DNA of 39,475 nucleotides. Origin: Candidatus Intestinimonas pullistercoris. GTDB taxonomy: Bacteria; Bacillota; Clostridia; Oscillospirales; Oscillospiraceae. The translations under genes and the position numbers were made by a program. The stretch spans positions 1 to 39,475 of the forward strand of contig DWWJ01000091.1 in assembly GCA_019119795.1 (NCBI GenBank), written 5' to 3'. Below are positions 1 to 9,777 of the stretch, piece by piece (within the stretch, counting starts at the first letter, position 1; every line of letters begins with the position of its first letter). The notes under the pieces are model-generated. The model worked only from the letters and a program-made list of their open reading frames with translations. It ran no database searches and was not told where the DNA came from.

Positions 1-1521
1 ACCGTCCCGCAGATGGAGGTCCAGCCGGGCGGCGTCCTGGGGCGGCCCTCTCCGGCGGAGCTGATTTACCGGAGAGCGGCAGAGGACAGCGCTTCCACCG
101 CGCAGGCGGGCACGGTGGTGCCGCCTCCGTCCAGGGCGCTGGTCCATCCCGCCGCTTCGGGAGAAGAGGTCCCCCGGGCGGAAACAACAGCGCGGAAAGG
201 GCCCCGGCAAACGTCCCCCGCCGCCCAGGTAGAGGGGCAGCCGCTGCCCCTGACCGTCCGGGATGTGCGGATGGGGCATGGGCAGGGGGAGTCCCCAATG
301 CCTGGACCGGCCGCCTGGCGCGCGGAGCCGGAGGCTAACCTTCCGCACCAACCTTCTGAACTGGTCTATCGAGTGGGACCGGAGGAAGAGGGGCCCTCCC
401 GGGGAGAAGGGGTGGCCTCCGCCCCCGTCAATGCCCCGATGCAAAAGAGGGGCTATGGACCCCTGACAGAGGGGCAGGCCCTTCCCCTGGCTGCGCGGGA
501 GATACGGGCGGGGCACACCCAGGCCCCGGCCGGGAAGGCGGACCCGGCGGCCTCCGGGGCGCGGCCCTCTCCGGGCGGGCAGCTGTCCCACCCCATGGGA
601 GGAGCCCTTCCGCCTCTGCAGCTGGCCCGGCCGGAGGGGGAGATGCCCGCCCAAAGCGGAGCCGTCTCCTCTGCGCGCCCGGAGAGGTCCGGACAGGGCG
701 CTGGGCGAGGGGGCGCCGCCCCTTGGGGAAAAAGCCCCTTCCAGACAGGTGGCGGGGCAGAGGCTGGGACCGAGGCCCCGGCGGGTTTCTTTCAAGGGGA
801 AGGGACACAGGCCCTTCCGGCGGAGCTGGTCTACCGGATGGAGGGCGAGGCACGGGACAGCGCCCTGCCGGATGCGCGGCAGGGAACAGCGCCCCAGGCA
901 GGGGCGGAGAGGCCACTCCCCCGGGCTGCCCGGCCCGTGCGGAACGGGAGGCCGCATTCAGCGGCCCGGGACATCCGGGTGGGAAGCGGAAGGGCCTGGA
1001 CCGGGACGGCTGCTCCGGCGGAGGAGCCCCACGGGGCGGCTCCCGCCGGCTGGGAGGCGGAGCGTGGAAGGACCCCGGCCGCTCCGGGCACCCCGGCTTC
1101 CGGCCCCGCCCCGGTGGAGCTGACCTACAGCCAGAGCCAGCCCCGGGTGGAGCCGCCCCAGGTCCAGGGGGCGCCGGGCCAGGCCCAGGCCCCGGTGGAG
1201 TCCGACTATGTCCGAAGCCTGCCCGACTGGGCCCGGCGCTTCCTGCGGGAGAGCGGCGGCCAGGGCCCGGCGGAGCGGGAGATGGGCGTGGCCAGGAGCA
1301 TCGCCTCCCTGCCGGAGCAGGAGGAGACGGTCCAGTGGACGGCGCCCAACTACCGGCCCCCGGCGGCTCCCCTGGCCTACCGGGAGAAAAAGGAGGACGG
1401 CCGCCCCAAGGGCGAGCCGGAGCCCCACATCAGCGATGCGGAGCTCCAGCGGACCGCCGACCGGGTCTACCGCATGATCGAGGACCGAATCCGCCGGGAG
1501 CGCCGCCGGCTGGGCTTCTGA
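1..1521 (+). CDS. Long Pro/Ala/Gly/Glu-rich CIS-associated protein with conserved C-terminal helix (5'-partial)
   Basis: The frame is open from base 1. Low-complexity body with repeated P(A/S/V)ELxY(R/S) motifs. The C-terminus ELQRTADRVYRMIEDRIRRERRRLGF resembles the helical tail of proteins that precede the LysM/Afp7 gene in CIS loci. Confidence 0.65.
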   Translation, partial: TVPQMEVQPGGVLGRPSPAELIYRRAAEDSASTAQAGTVVPPPSRALVHPAASGEEVPRAETTARKGPRQTSPAAQVEGQPLPLTVRDVRMGHGQGESPMPGPAAWRAEPEANLPHQPSELVYRVGPEEEGPSRGEGVASAPVNAPMQKRGYGPLTEGQALPLAAREIRAGHTQAPAGKADPAASGARPSPGGQLSHPMGGALPPLQLARPEGEMPAQSGAVSSARPERSGQGAGRGGAAPWGKSPFQTGGGAEAGTEAPAGFFQGEGTQALPAELVYRMEGEARDSALPDARQGTAPQAGAERPLPRAARPVRNGRPHSAARDIRVGSGRAWTGTAAPAEEPHGAAPAGWEAERGRTPAAPGTPASGPAPVELTYSQSQPRVEPPQVQGAPGQAQAPVESDYVRSLPDWARRFLRESGGQGPAEREMGVARSIASLPEQEETVQWTAPNYRPPAAPLAYREKKEDGRPKGEPEPHISDAELQRTADRVYRMIEDRIRRERRRLGF

Positions 1522-1555
1522 GCCGGAGAAGAAAAAACGAGAGGAGGGGGACGCA

Positions 1556-2287
1556 TTGTATATCGGGATACCCAACCCCAATATCCTGGTCCCACTGGAA
1601 AAGATGACGATCCAGCCCGTGGGCGGAAAGGCCTTCCAGGTGCTCTACAATCCGGAGAGCTACCGGCAGAGCCGGTCGGTCCACTACGCCCAGTCCCAGG
1701 GCATCGCCACCAATGCGCCGATCTCTCAGTTTGCCGGCGGCGGTCTGGAGGTCCTTCAGTTCCGCCTCTTCTTTGACAGCATGTCCGCGGGCAGCGAGGT
1801 GGGCGGCGACCTGCTGGACAAGGCCAAGTTCCTGGGCAACAGCCTGCTGCCCTCCCTGGCAAAGCAGATCGACGTGCGGACCTATACCCAAAAGGTGTAC
1901 GGCCTCATGGAGATTGTCCCCTCCAAGCACGCGCCGCCCCTGCTGAAGCTGAAGTGGGCCTCTCTCCAGTTTACGGGACACCTGGTGAGCTGCCAGCAGA
2001 CCTTTGTCCGCTTCAGCGAGCAGGGGGTGCCCCTGCGGGCCTGGCTGGACTGTGTGTTCCAGGAATTCATCGCCCCCGCGAAGGTCAACCTGCCCCGGCC
2101 GACGGAGTCTCCGGACACCACCAAGTATCGCACCGTCTACCAGGGGGATTCCCTGTGGGCCCTGTCGGCCAGAGAGTATGGCCAGCCAGAGGAGTGGCGG
2201 GCCATCGCCGACGCCAACGGCCTGGCCAACCCCAGAGTCCTGCGGTCCGGGGACCGGCTGGTGCTCCCGGCCCTGAAAAAAGAATGA
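1556..2287 (+). CDS. CIS tube initiator / LysM-domain protein (Afp7/Pvc7-like)
   Basis: TTG start after GAGGAGG. Motifs VLYNPESY, LQFRLFFD, APPLLKLKWA and FVRFSEQGVPLRA. C-terminal LysM-like VYQGDSLWALSAREYGQPEEWRAIADAN..NPRVLRSGDRLVLP. Confidence 0.9.
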   Translation: MYIGIPNPNILVPLEKMTIQPVGGKAFQVLYNPESYRQSRSVHYAQSQGIATNAPISQFAGGGLEVLQFRLFFDSMSAGSEVGGDLLDKAKFLGNSLLPSLAKQIDVRTYTQKVYGLMEIVPSKHAPPLLKLKWASLQFTGHLVSCQQTFVRFSEQGVPLRAWLDCVFQEFIAPAKVNLPRPTESPDTTKYRTVYQGDSLWALSAREYGQPEEWRAIADANGLANPRVLRSGDRLVLPALKKE

Positions 2288-2316
2288 GCGGTCCCTGAGA
2301 GAGGAGGTGTGGACCG

Positions 2317-3411
2317 GTGGACAAGGGCTCTTATACCTTCAAAGCCCTGAGCACGAAATATGAGGACTTCCGCGGTCCCGCCTTCACCATCAAAGTGGGG
2401 AGCACGACCTTCAAAAGCGTGGAGGTCCCCATAGTCTCCCTGGAGGTGGAGCTGTGCGCCGACGGCTCGGCGGGAGGCTGCCATTTCTCCGTGGAGAGCC
2501 TGTATGACAACGAGAACTCCAAGTGGATCAACAACGTGGCCGAGGTCATCCAGGTGGGGGCCAAGCTGGAGATACAGGGGGGCTATGTCAAGCAGGAGAC
2601 CATCTTCTACGGCTATGTGGACGAATATTTCATGGCCTACAGCGGCTCCTGGGCCCCGCGGCTGGAGGTGACCGGCATCGACGGCTTCGGCTATCTGATG
2701 GCCTGCCAGGAGCCGGTCTACGGCGGAAAGAAGAAGCCCAAGGACGTGGTGGAGGGGATCCTGAAAAAGGCGAGGTCCGCCGGCTATGCCAAGAGCTATA
2801 CCGTGGGGGACCTCAGCGGCTTTGATGTCCCCATCCTCAAGGAAAAGGTGGACGATTTCAAATACCTGCGGATGCTGGCGGAGCAGTACGGCATGAGCCT
2901 GCTGGCCGTGGACGGGGAGCTCATCTTCGACAATGTGATCAAAAACAGCAGCTCCTTGATAGAGCTCACGATAGGGTCCGGCCTGCTGGATTTTCAAAAG
3001 CGGTTCTCGCTCCAGGGCCAGGTGGGAGAGGTGGAGATCTGGGGCCGGGACACGGACCAGAAGTTCATCAAGGGCAGCGCCACCAGCGTCAGCATCAGCG
3101 GAAAGGGGAAGACCGCCGTCCAGCTGGCCCCCAAATTCAAGCAGACGGCCCTGCGGGAGAACAATGAATACGTCCGCACGGAAAAGCAGTGCGTGGAGCT
3201 GGCCCAGGCCCGGCTGGACGCCATCGCCCTGAACTTTATCTCAGGGAGGGGGGCCTGTGTGGGGCTGCCGGAGCTCATTCCCGGGCGGTTCATCACCATC
3301 AAGGGCCTGGATGAGGAGACGGTCGGCAGCTACTTTGTCACCAAGGTCCGCCATCGGTTCAGCCAGCAGGGATATTACACGGAATTTGAAGTAAAGGGGG
3401 CCAAGGCGTGA
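2317..3411 (+). CDS. Baseplate hub, phage late-control D / gp27-like (N-terminal half of VgrG/Afp8)
   Basis: GTG start after GGAGGT. GpD-like motifs IQGGY..IFYGYV, DDFKYLRMLAEQYG, GLPELIPGRFITIKGL and YFVTKVRHRFSQQGYYTEF. Located after the LysM gene. Confidence 0.85.
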   Translation: MDKGSYTFKALSTKYEDFRGPAFTIKVGSTTFKSVEVPIVSLEVELCADGSAGGCHFSVESLYDNENSKWINNVAEVIQVGAKLEIQGGYVKQETIFYGYVDEYFMAYSGSWAPRLEVTGIDGFGYLMACQEPVYGGKKKPKDVVEGILKKARSAGYAKSYTVGDLSGFDVPILKEKVDDFKYLRMLAEQYGMSLLAVDGELIFDNVIKNSSSLIELTIGSGLLDFQKRFSLQGQVGEVEIWGRDTDQKFIKGSATSVSISGKGKTAVQLAPKFKQTALRENNEYVRTEKQCVELAQARLDAIALNFISGRGACVGLPELIPGRFITIKGLDEETVGSYFVTKVRHRFSQQGYYTEFEVKGAKA

Positions 3412-3412
3412 C

Positions 3413-4198
3413 ATGAGCATCGCGGAAGAGATCCAGGCGGCTATGGGTGGTCTGGGGGAGAGCGTGGCGCGCAGCATGGAGCGGCCGGGCCTCACCCTGG
3501 CGGTGGTCACCAACATCAACGACGAAGACAAGCTCAACCGGGTCAAATGCCTCCCCATCGAGAACGAGAACGCGGAGGAGACCGACTGGTGCTATGTGAT
3601 GGCCCCACTGGGGGGCAAGGAGCACGGCCAGTTCTTTTTCCCCAGCGTCAACGACCTGGTGGTGCTAGGCTATCTGGGGGGGGACCCCCACCGGCCCTTT
3701 GTGCTGGGGGCCTTTTGGAACAGCGAGGTGAAGCCGCCCTACATCATCCAGGACGGCAAGGTCCACAACTTTTCGATCAAGACCCCCAGCGGCACCGAGC
3801 TGCTCTTTTACGACGAGCCGGAGAAGCAGAAGGTGACCCTTACCCTCCCCTCGGGCACGGTGCTCACCATCGACGATGAGAACCAAGCGGTCTCCCTGAA
3901 GGACCAGAAGGGGGAGAATGCCCTGGAGATGGACCTGAAGGGGGGAAACGTGACCCTGAAGGCCAAGACCAAGCTCACCCTCTCTGCGGGGGAGACCAGC
4001 GTGCTGCTGGAGTCCTCGGGGAACCTCACCCAGAAGGCCAGCAGCAAGGTGAGCATAGAGGCGGCCACCATTGAGGAGAAGGGCAGCGCCCAGGTCACGA
4101 TTCAGGGGGCGGCCACAGAGGTCAAGGGGGATTCCACCCTGAACCTCCAGGCCTCCGGCACCGCGGCCCTGAAGGCCGGCATTGTCAATATCAATTAG
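3413..4198 (+). CDS. Spike protein, gpV/gp5-like OB-fold plus beta-helix (C-terminal half of VgrG/Afp8)
   Basis: AVVTNINDEDKLNRVKC, TDWCYVMAPLGG..GQFFFPSVNDLVVLGYLGGDPHRPFVLGAFWN, followed by beta-strand repeats ending GIVNIN. Confidence 0.9.
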   Translation: MSIAEEIQAAMGGLGESVARSMERPGLTLAVVTNINDEDKLNRVKCLPIENENAEETDWCYVMAPLGGKEHGQFFFPSVNDLVVLGYLGGDPHRPFVLGAFWNSEVKPPYIIQDGKVHNFSIKTPSGTELLFYDEPEKQKVTLTLPSGTVLTIDDENQAVSLKDQKGENALEMDLKGGNVTLKAKTKLTLSAGETSVLLESSGNLTQKASSKVSIEAATIEEKGSAQVTIQGAATEVKGDSTLNLQASGTAALKAGIVNIN

Positions 4199-4264
4199 GG
4201 CTTGCTTGAAAATCGTCAGCATGCCCGCCCGGCGGAGGCATTGCAAATTTTCAAACAAACCCCA
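4196..4264. repeat. Imperfect palindromic REP/MITE-like intergenic element
   Basis: Arm tagggcttgcttgaaaat (4196-4213) matches the reverse complement of attttcaaacaaacccca (4247-4264) at 15/18 positions. The arms enclose an inner atgcc..ggcat hairpin. Confidence 0.5.
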
Positions 4265-4290
4265 GGCCCACAAGAAAGGAGGGGGAGACG

Positions 4291-4710
4291 GTGAACGGAA
4301 AGGAATTTCTGGGCCGCGGGCTCAAATTCCCGCTGCAGGTGGACCCCAAGACGGGGAAGATCGCTATGGTAGACCAGGAGGAGGACATCCGGGAGGCCAT
4401 CGGCATCATCCTGCGCACCGGACAGGGAGAACGGGTCATGCGCCCGGAATTCGGCGCCAATACCATGGACTACGCCTTCACGCCGGTCTCCAGTTCCATG
4501 ACCAACGCCATCTCCCGGGAGCTGCGGCTGATCCTGCTGGAGCAGGAGCCCCGCATCCAGGATGTGGAGGTCCAGTGCGGGGAGCTGGACCAGCAGAGCG
4601 GCGCCGTGGTCATCTATGTGAGCTATACAGTGCGCAGCACCAACAACCGGTATAACCATGTCTATCCCTTCTACGTCACCGAGGGATCGAAAGGGGGCGG
4701 CGCGGAATGA
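4291..4710 (+). CDS. GPW/gp25 family baseplate protein (Afp9-like sheath initiator)
   Basis: FLGRGLKFP, IREAIGIILRTGQGERVMRPEFG, EQEPRI and YTVRSTNNRYNHVYPFY are typical gp25-family motifs. Confidence 0.93.
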   Translation: MNGKEFLGRGLKFPLQVDPKTGKIAMVDQEEDIREAIGIILRTGQGERVMRPEFGANTMDYAFTPVSSSMTNAISRELRLILLEQEPRIQDVEVQCGELDQQSGAVVIYVSYTVRSTNNRYNHVYPFYVTEGSKGGGAE

Positions 4711-7628
4711 TGCAGGAGCCTGTCCTGGACCCCAGGAGCCGGGCCGACCTGATGGAGGAGCTGGCCGCCCATGCCAGGGAGTACACCCCGGAATGGCGGT
4801 ATGAGGGGGCGCAGGACGACCCCGGCTCCGCCCTGGCCGAGCTCTTTGGGGAGATGTTCTATCAGACCGTGGACCGGATGAACTCCGTCCCCGGAAAGCT
4901 CCACACGGAATTCCTGAACCTCACCGGCTTCCAGATGCCCGACCCGGTGCCGGCCGCCGGGCTCCTCCAGTTCACGGCCAGCGATACCGTGGAGGCGCCG
5001 GTCCCCGTCCCCCAGGGCACCCAGGTCTTTACCGAGGACGAGGAGGGGGAGGACATCGTCTATGAGACGGCCCGCCAGATCGAGTCCACCCCGGCCCAGC
5101 TCCAGGATATCTTCTATGTGGACGCCCGGGCTGAGGTCATCCAGCGCCTGGACCCGGAGCGGCCGCAGCCCTTTTTCCAGGCCGGGGAGGGGGAAAACCT
5201 CCAGCGCCACCGCTTTACCCTGAGCCAGGATGATGTGCTGGCCCTCTCCGGCCCCTGCGTGGTGGAGGTGGAGCTGCGGCAGGAGAGCGCCTTCACCGCG
5301 GCGGAGACCGCCGCCCGGCTGGCCGACCCGGCCCTGGGGCAGTGGACCTTCCGGTCCGGCGGCGGGGAGCGGCCCTTTACCGAGGTCCACGCCGAGGGAA
5401 ATGCGGTGATCCTGACCTGCGGGGGCAGCGAGGCCTTCGAGCCCGAGGAGGACGGCAGCTATGCCGTGTGCTTCACCGGGAGCATAGGGAGCGGCCGGGT
5501 GGTCCTGGACGGGGTGCGGCTGCGGAGCCGCCCTGCCGGACGCCTGCCGGTGGACGGGGCGGCCCACGGCGACATCCCCCTGGACCTGGAGGAGGGGGGC
5601 TACTGCTTCGGCCGGCGGCCGGCGGCCTATGGCCTGTGCTATTTTCGCTCCGACCGGGTGTTCCGCAAGCGGGGGGCCCGGGTGAACCTCCAGCTGGAGA
5701 TCGCCCCCATCGTCACCGACCTCACCGACCGGACGCCCCAGTACCAGTTCAACCAGCGCATCATCGACAAGCAGAACGCGGTGGCTATCGTCCCCGATGA
5801 CGTCTACGTCTCCCAGGTGGCCTGGGAGTACTTCAATGGCATGGGCTGGAGGCCCCTTGCGGTCTCCGGCGACCGGAACCCCTTCTCCTGCCAGCGGGAG
5901 GGCCCGCTGGAGGTGGTCTTTGACGTGCCGGAGGACCTGGTCCAGGCCGAGGTCAACGCCCAGCCCGGCTACTACATCCGGGCCCGGGTGGTCCACGTGG
6001 AGAACGCCTACTCCATGACGCCCCGGTGGATCGTCCCCTTTTTGAAAGGGGCGTCGTGCAGCTGGAGCTATGCCGCCGGCCTGCCGGCCCACCGCTGCCG
6101 GGCGGAGAACAACGGCAGCGTGGTGGAGCTCTCGGACACCGCCGGCGTGGAGCGCCTGGCCTTTCCCGCCCTGGAGGGGTTGGAGGAGCATCCCAGGGCT
6201 ATGTACTTCCGCTTTGACCGCTCCCCCCACGCCATGCCCCTGGCCATCCTCTTCGACGTGGCGGGGCGGGTGAAGCTGGAGGATAAGCTCCACTTCGAGG
6301 CGTGGACCGGCCAGCGGTTTGAGCCGGTGCGGTCGGTGGACCTGACCCGCAACCTGCTCCACCCCGGCGTGATGCTCCTCTATCTGCCCCGGCCCCTGCC
6401 GGAGCACGCCCTGTTCGGCCAGACAGGCTGCTGGCTGCGGCTCTCCCGGAGCTCCTACCTGGAGCAGGAGGGCGGGGCGGTCCGGGTGAATGCGGTCCGG
6501 CTGAACATCGTGGAGGCCGTCCAGAGGCAGCAGACTGAGGACGAGTTTTTCTCCACCGGCCCCTATGAGGCGGGCAAGGTCCTGGAGCTTCTGGAGCGCC
6601 CGGTGCTGGAGATCCAGGTCTGGGTGGACGAGGTGGCCGGCCTGGCAGTGGCCGACGCCGAGGCCCTGGCCCGGGACCTGCCCGGCCGGGTTCGTCTGGA
6701 GCGGGAGGACCGGGTCCTCACCCACTGCTGGGTGCGGTGGGAGCGGACGCCGGAGCTGGCCCTGACCGGACCGGCGGAGCGGTGCTACCAGCTGGACCCC
6801 TATGCCGGGACGGTCACCTTTGGAGACGGCATCCACGGCCGGGTCCCTCCGGAGGGGGAGGAGAACATCCGGGTGAGCTACGCCTACGGCGGCGGCAGCC
6901 GGGGCAACCGGCCCGCCGGAGCGGTCACCCGGCTCATCGGCGCCCTGCCCCGGATCAGCCGGGTGGAGAACCTGACCCCCATGAGCGGCGGCACCGACCG
7001 CTTTCCCCTGGAAAAGGCGGAGGCCATCGGCAACAAGCGCCTGCGCCACCGGGGACGGGCCGCCGGGGCCCGGGACTTTGAGGAGATCGTGATCCAGGAG
7101 TTCCCCCAGGCCCGGCACGTCAAGTGCTTCCCCGGCCGGGACGCCGCCGGGGCCTACGCGCCCGGACATGTCAGCGTGGTGGTGGAGGGCTGCGACCTGG
7201 ATGACCGCCGGGTCACCGACGACCTGTGCCAGCGCATCTATGAGGACCTCATCCAGCGGTGCGACTGCGTGATGGCGGCCGAGGGGCGCCTCCATGTGGT
7301 GGGCTCCACGGTCATCACCGTCAACAGCACGGTCACGGTGGAGATGGAGGACCTGGACCAGAGCGCCGTCACCCAGCAGGAGATCGCCCAGCGGCTGGAG
7401 GAGCTCATCGACCTACGCTGGCGGGAGCGGGACATTGGCAGCCAGCTCCGGGCGGCCCAGGTGTGGCAGACGGTCCGGGACACCCCCAATGTCCGGCTGG
7501 TGCGGAGCATCCTCCTGGAGGGCCGCTACGACGAGGCCGGCGTCCAGCGGGTGGTGCCCCTGGAGGACGACGGGGCCTTCCCCTACGCCACCGTCAAGAG
7601 TGGCAGCCATTTTATCCAGATCGTATAG
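4707..7628 (+). CDS. Baseplate J-like wedge protein 1 (Afp11/12-like)
   Basis: ATGA overlap with gp25. Motifs LDPRSRADL..YTPEW..DDPGSALAELF, VTFGDGIHGRVPP, YAYGGGSRGN, SGGTD and RAAGARDFE. Confidence 0.88.
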   Translation: MMQEPVLDPRSRADLMEELAAHAREYTPEWRYEGAQDDPGSALAELFGEMFYQTVDRMNSVPGKLHTEFLNLTGFQMPDPVPAAGLLQFTASDTVEAPVPVPQGTQVFTEDEEGEDIVYETARQIESTPAQLQDIFYVDARAEVIQRLDPERPQPFFQAGEGENLQRHRFTLSQDDVLALSGPCVVEVELRQESAFTAAETAARLADPALGQWTFRSGGGERPFTEVHAEGNAVILTCGGSEAFEPEEDGSYAVCFTGSIGSGRVVLDGVRLRSRPAGRLPVDGAAHGDIPLDLEEGGYCFGRRPAAYGLCYFRSDRVFRKRGARVNLQLEIAPIVTDLTDRTPQYQFNQRIIDKQNAVAIVPDDVYVSQVAWEYFNGMGWRPLAVSGDRNPFSCQREGPLEVVFDVPEDLVQAEVNAQPGYYIRARVVHVENAYSMTPRWIVPFLKGASCSWSYAAGLPAHRCRAENNGSVVELSDTAGVERLAFPALEGLEEHPRAMYFRFDRSPHAMPLAILFDVAGRVKLEDKLHFEAWTGQRFEPVRSVDLTRNLLHPGVMLLYLPRPLPEHALFGQTGCWLRLSRSSYLEQEGGAVRVNAVRLNIVEAVQRQQTEDEFFSTGPYEAGKVLELLERPVLEIQVWVDEVAGLAVADAEALARDLPGRVRLEREDRVLTHCWVRWERTPELALTGPAERCYQLDPYAGTVTFGDGIHGRVPPEGEENIRVSYAYGGGSRGNRPAGAVTRLIGALPRISRVENLTPMSGGTDRFPLEKAEAIGNKRLRHRGRAAGARDFEEIVIQEFPQARHVKCFPGRDAAGAYAPGHVSVVVEGCDLDDRRVTDDLCQRIYEDLIQRCDCVMAAEGRLHVVGSTVITVNSTVTVEMEDLDQSAVTQQEIAQRLEELIDLRWRERDIGSQLRAAQVWQTVRDTPNVRLVRSILLEGRYDEAGVQRVVPLEDDGAFPYATVKSGSHFIQIV

Positions 7629-7674
7629 AGCGTAACATGACATCTGATTTTTTCAGGAAGGGAGGGACGGCCCC

Positions 7675-9747
7675 GTGCTGAAGGCGCGCAATCTGGACGA
7701 CCAGACCTATCAGGAGATCGTGAAGGCGGCGGAGGGCCGGCTTCCGTGGCTGTGCCCGTCCTGGACGGACCACAACGCCCATGACCCCGGCATCACCATC
7801 CTGGAGCTCATGGCCTGGTACAAGGAGCTCCAGCAGTACCAGATGAACCAGTTCACCGACGAGCTGCGCTGCAAGCTGCTGAAGCTGGCGGGGGTGCGCC
7901 GCCGCCCGGCAGTCCCTGCCGGCTGCGCGGTGGAGCTCTCCCCGGAGGACCCGCCCCGGCTCTCCGGCGGCCGGCTGACCACCCGGGAGGGCATCCCCTT
8001 CACCCTCACAGAGGCCGTCCCGGCCCGGCGCCCCATCCTGAAGCGGGTCTGCGTGGCCCAGGGAGAGCGGCTGGTGGACATGGGGGAGGTGCTGGGGGAC
8101 CGGCACATCACCTTCCAGCCCTTTGCCCCGGGGGAGGCGGGCCGCTCCACCCTCCGGGTGGGCTTCTCCGCCCTGGGGGAGGGGGACCTGCGGCTCTGGT
8201 TCGATGTGGAGGCCCCGGAGGGGGTCCCCCGGAACCCCTTTGCCGCCCCGGAGCAGGTCCCCCGGGTCATCCGCTGGGTCTGCCAGGGGGCGGAGGGCAC
8301 CCAGGTCCTCCGGGACGACACCCACGGCCTGAGCCGGAGCGGCTATGTGACCCTCCGGCCCCAGGGGACCTGGCCCGCCGGGGCGGACGGCCTCTTCTGG
8401 CTGACCCTGGCCCTGGAGGACCCGGGCTGTGAGGAGGAGGTCCGCCTGTCCGGCCTGTCCGCGGGGCGCTACTGCGCCCTCCAGCAGGAGACCTGGGCCA
8501 GGACCCACTGGCTCCGGGCCCCCGCCCTCCCGGAGTGGGAGGCCTGTCTGGCGGATGCCCAGGCCCGAGACGGGGAGCTGGCCGTCTTTGTCCGGACCGG
8601 GGACCGCTGGGAGCAGAGCGGCCACTGGCAGTCGGCCGCCGCCCCGGAGGGGCGCCTCCTGCGGCTGGACACCAGCCGGGCGGTCCAGGACGGGGCCGAC
8701 AATGTGATGGTGGTCTCCCTGGACGCCTTCCGCTGCACCGGCCTGATCTTCGACGCCAAGGGCCTGCCGGGGGAGACCTTTTTCCTGAACCTGGAGGGGA
8801 GGACCGCCCTGACGGAGTCCTTCACCCTCCTGTGCGAGACCCTGGACCGGGACGGACAGGTCCGCCCGGCCCTGTGGCGGTGCGTGGAGGACCTCTACCA
8901 GTACGGGCCCCGGGACCGGGTCTTCACCTATGACCCGGCGCGGGAGACCATCACCTTCGGGGACGGGGCCCACGGGGCCCTGCTCCGGCGGGGGAAGGGG
9001 GCCGTCCTGGTGGCGGAGCTCACCCTGTCCTACTGCGAGGGGGGCAACATCCCCGGGGGCGGGGACCTGCGCTTCGCCGACGATGACCTCCCGGTCCGCA
9101 ACCAGGCCGCCTCCGGCGGCGCCGCCCGGGAGACGGCGGCCCAGGCCCAGGCCCGGCTGCTGCGGGAGCTGAACACCACCCGGAAGTGCGTCTCGGCGGC
9201 CGACTACGAGCGCCTGGCCCGGGAGACCCCGGGACTGCGGGTGGCGGCGGCCAGGGCCCTGCCGGCCTACGACCCGGAGGAGCCCACCGGCGTGAGCCGC
9301 CTGCCCACGGTGACGGTGGTGGCGGTGCCCGCCGGGGCGGGGGAGTGCCCCCTGCCCGACGGCCGCTTCCTGGCGGCGGTCCAGCGGCAGCTGGACGGGG
9401 TCCGGCCCATCGGCACCCAGGTGCGGGTGGTGCCCCCCGTCTATGTGGAGCTGACGGTGGAGGCCACCCTCTGGGGAGGCGAGGAGGGCGTGGAGGAGGC
9501 CCTGGAGGCCTCCCTGCGGAACTATCTGGCCCGCTCCGGCATCGGGGGCACCCTCCGGGCGGGGGATGTGGCCGCCCGGGTGCAGGCCGCCCCCGGCGTC
9601 CTGCGGGTCCGGGAGGTGGACCTGCGGACCTCCAGCGCAGGCTGTTATCAGAACGCCGAGGGGGACATCCGCCTGCCCAGGCGGGGCATCCCCCATTTGA
9701 AAGAGCTCCGGGTGACATGTCTCCCCGTGGAGCGGACCGGGCGCTGA
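7675..9747 (+). CDS. Baseplate J-like wedge protein 2 (Afp11/12-like)
   Basis: LDDQTYQEI..WTDHNAHDPGITILELMAW, ITFGDGAHG, ASGGAARET, CVSAADYERLA and RPIGTQVRVVPPVY. Confidence 0.9.
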   Translation: MLKARNLDDQTYQEIVKAAEGRLPWLCPSWTDHNAHDPGITILELMAWYKELQQYQMNQFTDELRCKLLKLAGVRRRPAVPAGCAVELSPEDPPRLSGGRLTTREGIPFTLTEAVPARRPILKRVCVAQGERLVDMGEVLGDRHITFQPFAPGEAGRSTLRVGFSALGEGDLRLWFDVEAPEGVPRNPFAAPEQVPRVIRWVCQGAEGTQVLRDDTHGLSRSGYVTLRPQGTWPAGADGLFWLTLALEDPGCEEEVRLSGLSAGRYCALQQETWARTHWLRAPALPEWEACLADAQARDGELAVFVRTGDRWEQSGHWQSAAAPEGRLLRLDTSRAVQDGADNVMVVSLDAFRCTGLIFDAKGLPGETFFLNLEGRTALTESFTLLCETLDRDGQVRPALWRCVEDLYQYGPRDRVFTYDPARETITFGDGAHGALLRRGKGAVLVAELTLSYCEGGNIPGGGDLRFADDDLPVRNQAASGGAARETAAQAQARLLRELNTTRKCVSAADYERLARETPGLRVAAARALPAYDPEEPTGVSRLPTVTVVAVPAGAGECPLPDGRFLAAVQRQLDGVRPIGTQVRVVPPVYVELTVEATLWGGEEGVEEALEASLRNYLARSGIGGTLRAGDVAARVQAAPGVLRVREVDLRTSSAGCYQNAEGDIRLPRRGIPHLKELRVTCLPVERTGR

Positions 9748-9777
9748 CGCGGCCGGAAAAAGGAGCGTGAAGGCCAC

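Noticed and set aside
723-1607. Alternative-frame Gly/Pro/Arg-rich ORF overlapping the first gene
   Set aside because: The composition is typical of off-frame GC-rich translation. The 13-1521 frame carries the repeated motifs and the conserved C-terminal helix.
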